Made by a program: the position numbers and the translations under genes
Shown here: in pieces, positions 1 to 9,451 of the stretch
Layout: every line of letters begins with the position of its first letter
Position numbering within the stretch: position 1 is the stretch's first letter
Notes under the pieces: generated by a model
Seen by the model: only the letters and a program-made list of their open reading frames with translations
Told to the model about the DNA's origin: nothing
Database searches by the model: none
Virus record (IMG/VR): IMGVR_UViG_2791355488_000009
DNA length: 64,000 nucleotides
Strand: one strand, 5' to 3'
Source of the DNA: an uncultured virus (IMG/VR IMGVR_UViG_2791355488_000009)
Lineage: Duplodnaviria > Heunggongvirae > Uroviricota > Caudoviricetes

Positions 1-1635
1 ATGATAAGTGAGATTATAGTCGAGGCATTAACAATCACATGTAATTATATGTCTCAAAATTATAGTGATAAAAATTATAAAATTCTCTTTGATGAAATAT
101 TAACTATAGCTGGAATTGATAAATTTGAGTTTGAGAGTGATGAAACAATTTATTCATACGAGGCTGTTCAAAAAATATTATCATCTTTAAATGAAAAGGA
201 AAATACAAGAAAAACTAAAGGGGTGTACTACACACCTATTGATGTTGTGAGATTCATATTAATTAACACTATAAAATCGGCTTGTGGGAAATTAAAACCA
301 AATGGGTTACATGTTTTAGATTTAAATGGTATTCCTTACAATAATTTTTGTTTTAGCAAGACCGTATTTGATCCTACATGTGGAGCAGGAGAATTTCTTG
401 TCGCTGCACTAGAGATAAAACTAGACTTACTGGATTTACATAAAGCAAATATTAGTAAAGGCAACCTCAAAAAGATTATCAGAACTATAAAAGGCAATGA
501 CGTTAATGTTGATTCGATTATAATTTCGAAGATTAGACTATTTCTATGTGCGTTGCAAAGACAAGGTGTAGCAAAAGTGTCAGGACTAGGGATAGAATTG
601 AACAACTCTTTTGAAAGCTATGATTTCGTTCAAGAAACCCCAACTAGTGAAAAAAGTTTTGACATTATAGTTGGGAATCCCCCATATGTAGAAGACTCTA
701 AGAGCGGTTTATCTCCAGAAAACAAGTATGGTAATATTTATGCGAATGTATTAGAGAATTCGAGTAAGCATCTTAAGCAAAACGGTTCGATGGGTTTTGT
801 AATTCCTCTTTCTTATGTGTCTACACCAAGAATGTCTAAAATTAGAGAGATCTTACATGTCTATGTACCTGAGCAATATATATTGAGTTATTCGGATAGG
901 CCGGATTGCTTGTTTACGTCGGTACATCAAAAATTATGTATTTTAATAGGTAAAAATAAAAAGATTGAAAAAACTATTTTTACGGGAAACTATCGCTATT
1001 GGTATAGTGAAGAGAGACCAGAGTTATTCAATACGGTTGAAGTTGTCAGAAATCTATATGGAACTGATAGTTACATACCTAAATTAGGAACTATTACGGA
1101 TAAAGATATATATGCAAAAGTAATTAATAATGAAAGTAAGTTAATAGATGCCATGAAAGGAAATCAAGGATCTGTTTATTTAAATATGAGAGCGGCTTTT
1201 TGGATTAAAGCTTTTGTTAATAAGCATAATGGTGGCGAATATAAAGAGTATGGTTGCCAAAGTAAGGAAATGGCAAATTATATTATGTGCATTCTAAATT
1301 CTTCTTTATTTTGGTGGTATTGGATATGTGTATCAGATTGTTGGCACATAACAAGAAAAGAATTAATCGGATTTACAATTCCTAAAAATTCCAATTTTAG
1401 AGAGACAGATAGACTCGCTAAACTACTTGAAGATAAACTGGAAGTAACAAAAAAATATGTGGGTACTAAGCAAACCGAGTATGAGTATAAACATAAAGAG
1501 TGCATTGATGAAATTCATGAAATCGATGATTATATCAATAAATTATACGGACTTACAGAAGAAGAAAGCCTTTATATCAAAAACTTTGCTTTTAGATATA
1601 GAATAGGTGGAGGTGTTGAAAATGAAAGTAATTGA
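1..1635 (+). CDS. Amino (probably N6-adenine) DNA methyltransferase of RM cassette; may extend upstream of the window
   Basis: GVYYTP, motif I FDPTCGAGEF, motif IV GNPPY. Confidence 0.85.
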   Translation: MISEIIVEALTITCNYMSQNYSDKNYKILFDEILTIAGIDKFEFESDETIYSYEAVQKILSSLNEKENTRKTKGVYYTPIDVVRFILINTIKSACGKLKPNGLHVLDLNGIPYNNFCFSKTVFDPTCGAGEFLVAALEIKLDLLDLHKANISKGNLKKIIRTIKGNDVNVDSIIISKIRLFLCALQRQGVAKVSGLGIELNNSFESYDFVQETPTSEKSFDIIVGNPPYVEDSKSGLSPENKYGNIYANVLENSSKHLKQNGSMGFVIPLSYVSTPRMSKIREILHVYVPEQYILSYSDRPDCLFTSVHQKLCILIGKNKKIEKTIFTGNYRYWYSEERPELFNTVEVVRNLYGTDSYIPKLGTITDKDIYAKVINNESKLIDAMKGNQGSVYLNMRAAFWIKAFVNKHNGGEYKEYGCQSKEMANYIMCILNSSLFWWYWICVSDCWHITRKELIGFTIPKNSNFRETDRLAKLLEDKLEVTKKYVGTKQTEYEYKHKECIDEIHEIDDYINKLYGLTEEESLYIKNFAFRYRIGGGVENESN

Positions 1636-2722
1636 TTTGTTTTCAGGGTGTGGAGGGCTTTCATATGGATTTATTAAAGATGGATTTCAAATAAAAAGAG
1701 CAGTGGAATTTGATGCAAGTATAGCCAATACTTATATTCTAAATCACCCAGAAGTTGATATGATTGTTGATGATATTCAGAATATTGACCAAGCAGGAGT
1801 ATTTACTCAAGGTGACGCGGATGTAATTATTGGAGGCCCCCCTTGTCAAGGCTTTTCAATGGCAGGAGCGAGAATTCGCACAGGATTCATTGATGATCCT
1901 CGGAATTATTTATTTAAGCATTATTTTAATGTCGTCAAAACAGTAAAACCAAAAATTTTTATCATGGAAAATGTCAAAGGAATAATGACAATGCAAGGAG
2001 GGAAAATCTTTGATGAAATATTGCGGATTTTCTCCGATGAAGAATTATTAGAAGGACAATCATATAAAACTTACCATCGTCTTGTGAAAGCTGTTGATTT
2101 TGGAATTCCTCAAAAAAGAGAAAGAATGATAATAATTGGCACGTTATTAAACGAGGTTGACTTTGATAGAGTATGGCAACAAACTAAAGAGGAAATTGAA
2201 AGAGATTATCCCTTATATTTCCATAAGGTTACTATAGCTGATGCTATTAATAATTTACCGAAAACAACATCAGATGGTATCATTAGCAATCCTGAAATCC
2301 AAACAGAATACCAAAAATATTTAGCTTGTGATTCTAACACACTTAATAATCATACTAAAACAAACCACTCTAAAGTTGCTGTCGATAGAATGAAGAAGGT
2401 AGATAATGGTGAGAACTTCACTGTATTGGATGAAAAAATAAATTCTATTCATAGTGGTTCTTATGGACGCTTATCTTGGGATGATCAAGCTCCAACTATT
2501 ACTACAAGGTTTGACACACCTGCAGGAGGAAGATTTATCCATCCTGTTGAGAACCGTACTCTATCACCACGTGAGGCGGCCAGGATACAAAGTTTTCCAG
2601 ATGATTTTATTTTCTATGGTAATAAAACATCAATATGCAAGCAAATCGGAAATGCAGTTCCACCAAAGATATCCTATTTCTTGGCGAGGTTTGTAAGAAA
2701 TATATTAAATGAGGAGGTATAA
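1622..2722 (+). CDS. C5-cytosine DNA methyltransferase of RM cassette
   Basis: DLFSGCGG, GGPPCQGFS, ENV, QKRER, IGNAVPP; ggaggt SD before ATG 1622. Confidence 0.95.
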   Translation: MKVIDLFSGCGGLSYGFIKDGFQIKRAVEFDASIANTYILNHPEVDMIVDDIQNIDQAGVFTQGDADVIIGGPPCQGFSMAGARIRTGFIDDPRNYLFKHYFNVVKTVKPKIFIMENVKGIMTMQGGKIFDEILRIFSDEELLEGQSYKTYHRLVKAVDFGIPQKRERMIIIGTLLNEVDFDRVWQQTKEEIERDYPLYFHKVTIADAINNLPKTTSDGIISNPEIQTEYQKYLACDSNTLNNHTKTNHSKVAVDRMKKVDNGENFTVLDEKINSIHSGSYGRLSWDDQAPTITTRFDTPAGGRFIHPVENRTLSPREAARIQSFPDDFIFYGNKTSICKQIGNAVPPKISYFLARFVRNILNEEV

Positions 2723-2727
2723 GCTAT

Positions 2728-4599
2728 ATGAACCCATTATTAGAAAGCAAATTAAACGAACTTAACAGTGCAGCAGATTATGAATGTTGGTATTTGGTGA
2801 AACAGCCAACAGCATTTGATAATATCTGTTATCTTGTTAGTTTCTTAGAAGATTTTAAAGCACAAGATAATCCAGGAAATCTACAGGACTACATCGCAAA
2901 TAAAATAGAAACACTAAAGACAATAAAACCGAATGTGGATATATCTAATAATTATCGTGCTCTGAGAGTAGCGGCATTTTTTGGTCTTATTACTATGACA
3001 AACACGAAGTATGAGAATGCAGTTATTACAGATTCGTTTAAAGAGGTTACATTAAGATGCAATGGTGAATATGAGAAGACAGGATTATATTTAGACATTA
3101 TACAGCGTCAAATTGAAAAAATGTATATCAGCTCTTCTGTAGATGAAGAATATGAAGGAGTAAGGCAAGACTACAGATTGTACCCCGTTATGTTGCTATA
3201 TAAGGTGTTGGTTGAACTTGGACGTTCAACCGGTAATTACTCTATTTCAATGACAGAGTATAGATACTTGGTGGCTACAACAAAAACATTTGAAGGTTTT
3301 CTTGATACGCTTTTATTAATTAAATTATTACGTGATGATTCTGATGCAACAACTTCATTTGAACAATATCGTTCTAAGTTTGACAATCGTCTAATTCAAG
3401 CACTGAAACAACTTTCGACATTGGTTGTTGAAAGAGATTCCATTTCACTCAATGAAGATTATATTGAAGAGGTGGCACATAAAGTATATATTTTTGAGGA
3501 CAACCCAAATATATTCACGACAGAAAACTATCTGGGGTTTCTTGGCTCGACAAAATCCTTGTTTGAGTTAGAAAAATTTGAAGAAGAAGAGGAACTAACA
3601 ATTTATGAAAATTCCACTAGAGTTAAAGGTGGAATGAATACCTTATTATATGGAGTCCCTGGGTCTGGAAAGAGCTGGACTATTGAAAAAGAGTATTGTG
3701 ATGATGAAAGCAGAATGGAGCGTCTTGTATTCCACCCAGATTACACTTACTCGGATTTTATTGGTCAAATTCTTCCTAATGTGTCTGATGGTATTGTAAG
3801 TTATAAGTTTACGGAAGGACCATTTACAAGTCTATTGAAAAAAGCTTATACAAATCCTGAAAAGATGTTTTACCTTATAATTGAAGAAATTAATCGTGGA
3901 AACGCACCAGCTATATTTGGCGAAGTTTTTCAACTTCTAGATCGCAAAGACGATGGAACGAGTGAGTATGGAATAACTAACGTGGATATTGCGAATATAG
4001 TCTACAACAATCCAAATAAAAAAGTTCGTATTCCTTCTAATATGTCTATCATTGGAACAATGAATACATCAGACCAGAATGTGTTCACTCTTGACACTGC
4101 CTTTCAACGTCGTTGGAATATGCGTATGATAGAAAACACATTTGTAGGACATGATTATGCAAGAACAACCATCTTAGACACAGGTGTAACTTGGCAAAGA
4201 TTCTGTGAAGTTATCAATAATGAAATTGTTACAAAAAATATTCGTATGACATCGTCAGAAGATAAAAGACTTGGAACATATTTTGTTAGAGCTGCTGACT
4301 TAGAATATCATGAAGAAGCAGACAATAATGACCTTTCTGAAAAAGAGCAAATTCAAGCAAGGTTGCTTAATTATAGATTTGCTGAGAAAGTTCTTAAATA
4401 TTTATGGGATGATGCTTTTAAATTTTCTCGTGAGGATATTTTCAAAAATACAATTTATAAGAGTCTAGAAGAAGTAGTTAATCACTTTAATTCTAGGAGT
4501 TCTGCAAAAGCAACAGGCAATGATCGTCTAGATGTTTTTAAAGAAGAGATTATTGACGCTTTTCTAACCCAGGATTCAATTGATAGTACTGTTGAGTAA
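2728..4599 (+). CDS. McrB-like AAA+ GTPase restriction subunit (LlaJI R1-like)
   Basis: Walker A GVPGSGKS, FHPDYTYSDF, Walker B IIEEINRG, McrB signature MNTSD, DTAFQRRW. Confidence 0.9.
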   Translation: MNPLLESKLNELNSAADYECWYLVKQPTAFDNICYLVSFLEDFKAQDNPGNLQDYIANKIETLKTIKPNVDISNNYRALRVAAFFGLITMTNTKYENAVITDSFKEVTLRCNGEYEKTGLYLDIIQRQIEKMYISSSVDEEYEGVRQDYRLYPVMLLYKVLVELGRSTGNYSISMTEYRYLVATTKTFEGFLDTLLLIKLLRDDSDATTSFEQYRSKFDNRLIQALKQLSTLVVERDSISLNEDYIEEVAHKVYIFEDNPNIFTTENYLGFLGSTKSLFELEKFEEEEELTIYENSTRVKGGMNTLLYGVPGSGKSWTIEKEYCDDESRMERLVFHPDYTYSDFIGQILPNVSDGIVSYKFTEGPFTSLLKKAYTNPEKMFYLIIEEINRGNAPAIFGEVFQLLDRKDDGTSEYGITNVDIANIVYNNPNKKVRIPSNMSIIGTMNTSDQNVFTLDTAFQRRWNMRMIENTFVGHDYARTTILDTGVTWQRFCEVINNEIVTKNIRMTSSEDKRLGTYFVRAADLEYHEEADNNDLSEKEQIQARLLNYRFAEKVLKYLWDDAFKFSREDIFKNTIYKSLEEVVNHFNSRSSAKATGNDRLDVFKEEIIDAFLTQDSIDSTVE

Positions 4600-4613
4600 G
4601 GTGGTGATAATCT

Positions 4614-5921
4614 ATGGAAATAAGCACTGAATTGCTGAAGAGCAAGTGCCATGTTAATACGAATGAAGAGGGGGATCGCTTTGTTGGCATCAAGGCTGAT
4701 TCTGAAAATGCGATGGTCTATTTTCCTATGGGTTATCAATTGCCAGACACAGAACATGAACGAAGAAGAGATATTTTGCATCTAATATCCGTACTTTCAG
4801 AATTTACGGTCAGAAATGATAGAGTTCTCCATATGAAAAAGTTTGAAGCTCCTCAATCCGTTGATTTTCCTGTCAATGCATATATGGAAGTAATAAACTA
4901 CTATTTGGAGCAACGCTCATATTACACAGAGAAGGAGCCTATCTATAAAACTAGCGATCGTGGTAACACCGACTGGGCTAAAACAATTCGTCAGCAGAAA
5001 CCTTTGTTGCAAGCTAACAATTCGCCTATTTATTTAAAACAGACAGTAAGGGATTCTACACCGAATGATCGTAATCTGATAACACAAATCCACAAGTACT
5101 GTGTATATGAGAGTTTTCAAAAATTAGGATGGTTGTTTACACCAAATCTTCCACCTAAACCAGATTTTCCGATTGATATAAAACGGTTTCTTATTGAACT
5201 AAATGATAAATTAGGTAAAACAAATAATGATAAAGATAAACGTCTTTTCACTTCAATGATTGCAATGCTTAAGTATATAGATGAAGAGACAAACAAACGT
5301 CAATTCTATTTTGGGACAGATAGTTTCGAGTATGTATGGGAAAAACTTATTGACAGAGTATTTGGTGTTAGTAACAAAAACTCATATTTTCCAAAGGCAA
5401 CCTGGCACCTAAAAAAAGGTAAGACAAGAACATTTGAAGCTCTTAGGCCAGATACAATCATGGTTTGCAATAACAAAATCTATGTCTTAGACGCAAAGTA
5501 TTATAGATATGGATTAACTGGCGAACCCATGCATCTGCCAGAGGGTAGATCTATACATAAGCAGATAACTTATGGTGAATATATAAGTACAAACAATAAA
5601 TTTAAAGATGAAAATGGCAATAATCCAACGGTATACAATGCATTTTTGATGCCATACAATTCACGAGAAAATATTTTTGATTTGTCTGGTATATTTGAAA
5701 ATTGTGGTGAAAGTACTGGTGAGTGGAAAGGGCATGATAATACTTTTGAACATGTCCAAGGCATCTTGGTCGATATCAATTACTTGATGCACCATTACAC
5801 AGGAAACCACTCGAAAAAAATTATAGCCTTAGCAGATTCGATAGAGAGAGCTTTAGCTGAAAATGGTGGAAATTTACCTACAGAGGCTGAAATAAGTGTA
5901 TCAGTTGGATCAGATTATTAA
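4614..5921 (+). CDS. LlaJI-family (McrC-like) restriction endonuclease subunit
   Basis: FVGIK..VYFPMGY N-terminus, FEYVWE, PD-(D/E)xK core RPDTIM...DAKYY, KQITYGEY; follows McrB-like gene. Confidence 0.85.
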   Translation: MEISTELLKSKCHVNTNEEGDRFVGIKADSENAMVYFPMGYQLPDTEHERRRDILHLISVLSEFTVRNDRVLHMKKFEAPQSVDFPVNAYMEVINYYLEQRSYYTEKEPIYKTSDRGNTDWAKTIRQQKPLLQANNSPIYLKQTVRDSTPNDRNLITQIHKYCVYESFQKLGWLFTPNLPPKPDFPIDIKRFLIELNDKLGKTNNDKDKRLFTSMIAMLKYIDEETNKRQFYFGTDSFEYVWEKLIDRVFGVSNKNSYFPKATWHLKKGKTRTFEALRPDTIMVCNNKIYVLDAKYYRYGLTGEPMHLPEGRSIHKQITYGEYISTNNKFKDENGNNPTVYNAFLMPYNSRENIFDLSGIFENCGESTGEWKGHDNTFEHVQGILVDINYLMHHYTGNHSKKIIALADSIERALAENGGNLPTEAEISVSVGSDY

Positions 5922-5944
5922 TCATAAGTATATAGAAAAAAATA

Positions 5945-5990
5945 AAAAATCACCGTTACTATGTGGACTGCATAGTGACGGTGATTTTTT
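5945..5990. terminator. Bidirectional intrinsic terminator between convergent genes
   Basis: aaaaaatcaccgttactatg / catagtgacggtgatttttt inverted repeat with A and T tails. Confidence 0.85.
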
Positions 5991-7212
5991 ATTTTTGAGC
6001 CATTTTCTTTACTTTTTTCCGGTGATTGCGCTGAGCAGTTGCATTTCTACAGTTAGGGCTACAATATTTTTTACGACCATTAGAAGTCTTCACTAAGAAA
6101 TGATTATTGCAAGCAGGATTAGCGCATTCTCTATATATTTCAGAACCTGGTCTCATATAAAATATTGAAAAATATAAGGCCGAAAGCAGGTTAGTGGCTT
6201 TCCACGAAGGCTCCATTTTACTTGCCACGAAACGAGGCACAATTCCAGAAAGATTTGAATTAATTTCTTCATTTAACACAATCTTTGCGACTATTATAAG
6301 AGCCTGTTTAAGGTTGTCATCAAAATTTTCAATAGCCGGTTTATCATAAAATTCGATGCCATTTTCATAAGTTACTTTACTAACCACACCTACCTTTCTC
6401 ATAAGATGAAATAGGAAATCTATGGTAATACGAGCAGCAGGTGTTTCATTTGGTGCATTGCGATATAGATAAACAATATCTTTATATCGAAGGTCGTTCA
6501 TTCCTGGATAACGGTTTGTCAAAGAACTACCCGAAATAATATCTTGATATTCCTCAATATTTAAATCATATGTTGGTTTATATACTGAATCATTAATTAT
6601 ATACGTTTCACTTTCAAAGCCTTCTTTGGTGCCGTCAATCTCGGGTACTGAGGAGGCTTTTTCTAATGTTTTAATAAAACCATGATAACAAGTCGAATAT
6701 GGTTTGCTCATAGAATTTAACTTGATAGAAACTCGCTCAGACAGAAGAAGATAAAGAGTTAGGTATAGTATTTTCTCATAGTTTCTATTAGGTTCTTCAA
6801 TCTCACTCATGAGAAGAACTGTTGCTTTTATATGATTCACAACTTCAGTTAACGAATGTATATCGATTTCCTCGTATTCTGCTTTACTAACAGGAAAGAA
6901 AAAACCGTTTTCCTCAAAAAAACTTCGTATGCTGTCCACTTCGTTTGGTAAAGAGATTAGTTCACTTAGCAAGTTTTCTTTTCTAACTGATCCCATCGGT
7001 GTGGTTCTACAAAGACCGTTTGAACCACTAAAGGCATAATGTAATTCATTTTGTTCATCAGATTGAATTTTCAAAGTGTGTCTCATCTCACCAGGAGAAA
7101 GATTAACAACATCAACACCTGTAAAACATCTATAGCCGTATAGAGAAAAATAATCATTTCCTAAATTAAAAAAGTTTTCATTTTCTAATGCAATATTTTC
7201 GATTTCAGACAT
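5989..7212 (-). CDS. CGNR zinc-finger domain protein, putative regulator
   Basis: C-terminal ECANPACNNHF...KKYCSPNCRNATAQRNHRKK; ggaggagg SD on the minus strand. Confidence 0.75.
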   Translation of the reverse strand: MSEIENIALENENFFNLGNDYFSLYGYRCFTGVDVVNLSPGEMRHTLKIQSDEQNELHYAFSGSNGLCRTTPMGSVRKENLLSELISLPNEVDSIRSFFEENGFFFPVSKAEYEEIDIHSLTEVVNHIKATVLLMSEIEEPNRNYEKILYLTLYLLLSERVSIKLNSMSKPYSTCYHGFIKTLEKASSVPEIDGTKEGFESETYIINDSVYKPTYDLNIEEYQDIISGSSLTNRYPGMNDLRYKDIVYLYRNAPNETPAARITIDFLFHLMRKVGVVSKVTYENGIEFYDKPAIENFDDNLKQALIIVAKIVLNEEINSNLSGIVPRFVASKMEPSWKATNLLSALYFSIFYMRPGSEIYRECANPACNNHFLVKTSNGRKKYCSPNCRNATAQRNHRKKVKKMAQK

Positions 7213-7365
7213 AAGAATTTCCTCCTCCTCATACTACAAGCACATAAAATCACATCCACAAGTAATTGAATAAATAATCGTAAATTCATTATATCAAATT
7301 TTAGTAATCAAAACAATAACCTTTGAAAGTTGATTTTTATTAATAGTAAGCAATAAATTCAGAAA

Positions 7366-7436
7366 TTTACTTACTTTTTGAGACTGATTACAATTATAGA
7401 TGAGGGGAATCCCTCTTTAAATTTATCAGTCTCAAA
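7366..7436 (+). promoter_or_regulatory. Putative sigma-A promoter overlapped by a 12-bp inverted repeat (operator candidate)
   Basis: TTTACT(7366-7371)-17-TACAAT(7389-7394); tttgagactgat (7377-7388) / atcagtctcaaa (7425-7436). Confidence 0.55.
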
Positions 7437-7632
7437 GTCCAAGATGCGCATTAGGACGGCGGGATGCATAGAGAGTTCGGAACACAGTGATAAAGACTGT
7501 GTTTGGAATGAAGATGCACCCACCGTTATTTCGTGTGCCCTTTTTTAGGACAAACGAAGTTTGTGGTCATCTTATCCGCAGACTCTTTTGCATTCCGCCA
7601 CCCATAGATGGGACGGAAAGGAATGCAAAATG
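7437..7632 (+). ncRNA. Structured 5' leader RNA of the sigma-like gene with mutually exclusive folds (candidate translational switch)
   Basis: Consecutive stems; 7586-7596/7620-7630 stem covers SD and start; 7458-7481 can alternatively pair with 7575-7599. Confidence 0.65.
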
Positions 7633-8172
7633 AAAATACGAGTTTTATATGAAGATCACATCAAAAACGGTCACAAGAACTACACCACAATTGAAATTCC
7701 AGATGGAGATTACAGTGTCATGCTGGATATCGACTATGAGCAACGTCTTGCAGAGGCAAATCCTGAAAAGAAAGCGGAGGTGAAACGCTGCGAGACTCTA
7801 CAAGAAATGTTCGACCTCATGAACAACAAGGAATACAACCATTGGCGCCGCTACCATCGACATCTTGGTAATCCCAAGACACCTTATCGGAAAGATGGTG
7901 AAGATGAAACAGATGTCATGGATACTTTCGCTGATAACTCTCAGGAGATAGAACGAAGTCTCCAAGATGAGTACGAATCTGTCTGCCAATGGATACGCAA
8001 GGCTCTCGGTAAAAAACAAGATTGGGCAGATATGTTCATTGCAGTTCGTATAGACGGTATGTCTATCCGTGAGTATGCGAGTTCCATCGGTGCAAGTGAG
8101 AACAACATTACTCAGAAATTAAAGCGAGCAACAAAGAAATTAGAACAAGAATATAAAAACCGTCAGATTTGA
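7630..8172 (+). CDS. Phage sigma-70 region-4-like HTH protein (sigma factor or activator)
   Basis: C-terminal FIAVRIDGMSIREYASSIGASENNITQKLKRATKKL; aaagga SD before ATG 7630. Confidence 0.75.
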   Translation: MKIRVLYEDHIKNGHKNYTTIEIPDGDYSVMLDIDYEQRLAEANPEKKAEVKRCETLQEMFDLMNNKEYNHWRRYHRHLGNPKTPYRKDGEDETDVMDTFADNSQEIERSLQDEYESVCQWIRKALGKKQDWADMFIAVRIDGMSIREYASSIGASENNITQKLKRATKKLEQEYKNRQI

Positions 8173-8204
8173 CCTTCTCCCAAGGCTACTAGGTAGGAGG
8201 TCAA
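8163..8204 (+). promoter_or_regulatory. Conserved element copy 1 (TCAGATT-N14-GGCTACTAGGTAG hairpin)
   Basis: Same boxes and spacing at 39185 and 43479. Confidence 0.7.
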
Positions 8205-8235
8205 GACCTCCAAAAAACACAAGGAGGTAATTCGA

Positions 8236-9015
8236 ATGGAATTACAAGTTTACAAAAATGCAGAGTTAGGCTCTGTACGTACTACAACGATTGGCGGGCA
8301 ACCATATTTTGTTGGCAAGGATGTAGCAAGCATTCTTGGTTATGCAAATACTCGCAAAGCTTTAATTGACCACGTTTATGAAGAGGACAAGGGAGTAACG
8401 AAATGTGACACCCTTGGTGGAAAACAGGATTTGATTATTATCAATGAATCCGGTCTTTATAGCCTCATACTCTCAAGCAAAATGCCAAATGCTAAGAAGT
8501 TTAAGCGATGGGTCACCAATGAAGTCCTCCCTGCTATTCGCAAACATGGACTTTATGCAACAGACGATTTAATCGCAAATCCAGACCTTGCCATTGCTGC
8601 TTTTACTGCACTGAAAGAGGAACGAGAAAAGAACAAGGAATTGATGGCAGCCGTTGCGATTGGTCAGCAGCAAATTGCTGAGATGAAACCCAAGGCTACC
8701 TATTATGATGTAGTGCTTAAATGCAGGGATGCGGTCAACATTTCTGTGATTGCCAAAGATTATGGCTGGAGTGCCATGCGCATGAACGAACACCTCCATG
8801 AAAAAGGCATTCAGTTTAAGCAAGGTGATATATGGCTTCTCTACCAAAAGTATGCTCCAAATGGATATACCAAAACCAATACTCACATTTATGAAGATAG
8901 CAAAGGTATAAAGCATACGAAAGTGCATACCAAGTGGACACAAAAAGGCAGACTCTTTATCTATGAACAGCTAAAGGCAGACGATATTTATCCGCAGATT
9001 GAGATGGAGGTGTGA
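8236..9015 (+). CDS. Phage antirepressor (BRO-N + KilA-C)
   Basis: PYFVGKDVASILGY, INESGLYSL, WVTNEVLPAIRKHG, TKWTQKGRLFI. Confidence 0.9.
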   Translation: MELQVYKNAELGSVRTTTIGGQPYFVGKDVASILGYANTRKALIDHVYEEDKGVTKCDTLGGKQDLIIINESGLYSLILSSKMPNAKKFKRWVTNEVLPAIRKHGLYATDDLIANPDLAIAAFTALKEEREKNKELMAAVAIGQQQIAEMKPKATYYDVVLKCRDAVNISVIAKDYGWSAMRMNEHLHEKGIQFKQGDIWLLYQKYAPNGYTKTNTHIYEDSKGIKHTKVHTKWTQKGRLFIYEQLKADDIYPQIEMEV

Positions 9016-9016
9016 T

Positions 9017-9451
9017 ATGGAAATTAATATGAAAAATGCAGAAGGGTATTATGATCCAACTCCCCATGAAGCACTTAGCAAAATAACTCGTGAGGAAAAG
9101 GCAGCAGCAAAAGCTGCCTTTAAGCCCCTTGTCTATATTTGCTCTCCATTTAGTGGCGATATAGAAAACAACAATAAGCGCACACGAGCATTTTGTCGTT
9201 TTGCTTTAGACAAGGGCAATATTCCGCTTGCTCCTCACCTTCTATTTCCACAGTTTATGGATGACAGCAATGAGAAAGAACGTGAGCTCGCTATTTTTAT
9301 GGATATTATCCTGATGGGCAAATGCCAAGAGGTCTGGGTGCTAGGTGATGTGATCTCAAGAGGCATGAGTATTGAAATTGAAAAAGCAAAGAAGCGCAGA
9401 CAGCCGGTTAGATACTTTAATAAAGATTTTGAGGAGGTAGAGTCTCTATGA
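9017..9451 (+). CDS. Conserved phage protein (DUF4406-like)
   Basis: LVYICSPFSGD, APHLLFPQF, CQEVWVLG..SRGM..EI. Confidence 0.65.
   Translation: MEINMKNAEGYYDPTPHEALSKITREEKAAAKAAFKPLVYICSPFSGDIENNNKRTRAFCRFALDKGNIPLAPHLLFPQFMDDSNEKERELAIFMDIILMGKCQEVWVLGDVISRGMSIEIEKAKKRRQPVRYFNKDFEEVESL

Noticed and set aside
7444..7548. 34-codon ORF inside the leader (possible leader peptide)
   Set aside because: No recognisable SD and no telling codon runs; cannot be supported, though not excluded
7561..7629. ORF-track N-terminal extension of the sigma-like gene (TTG 7561)
   Set aside because: No SD; the region is the structured leader, and ATG 7630 has an SD
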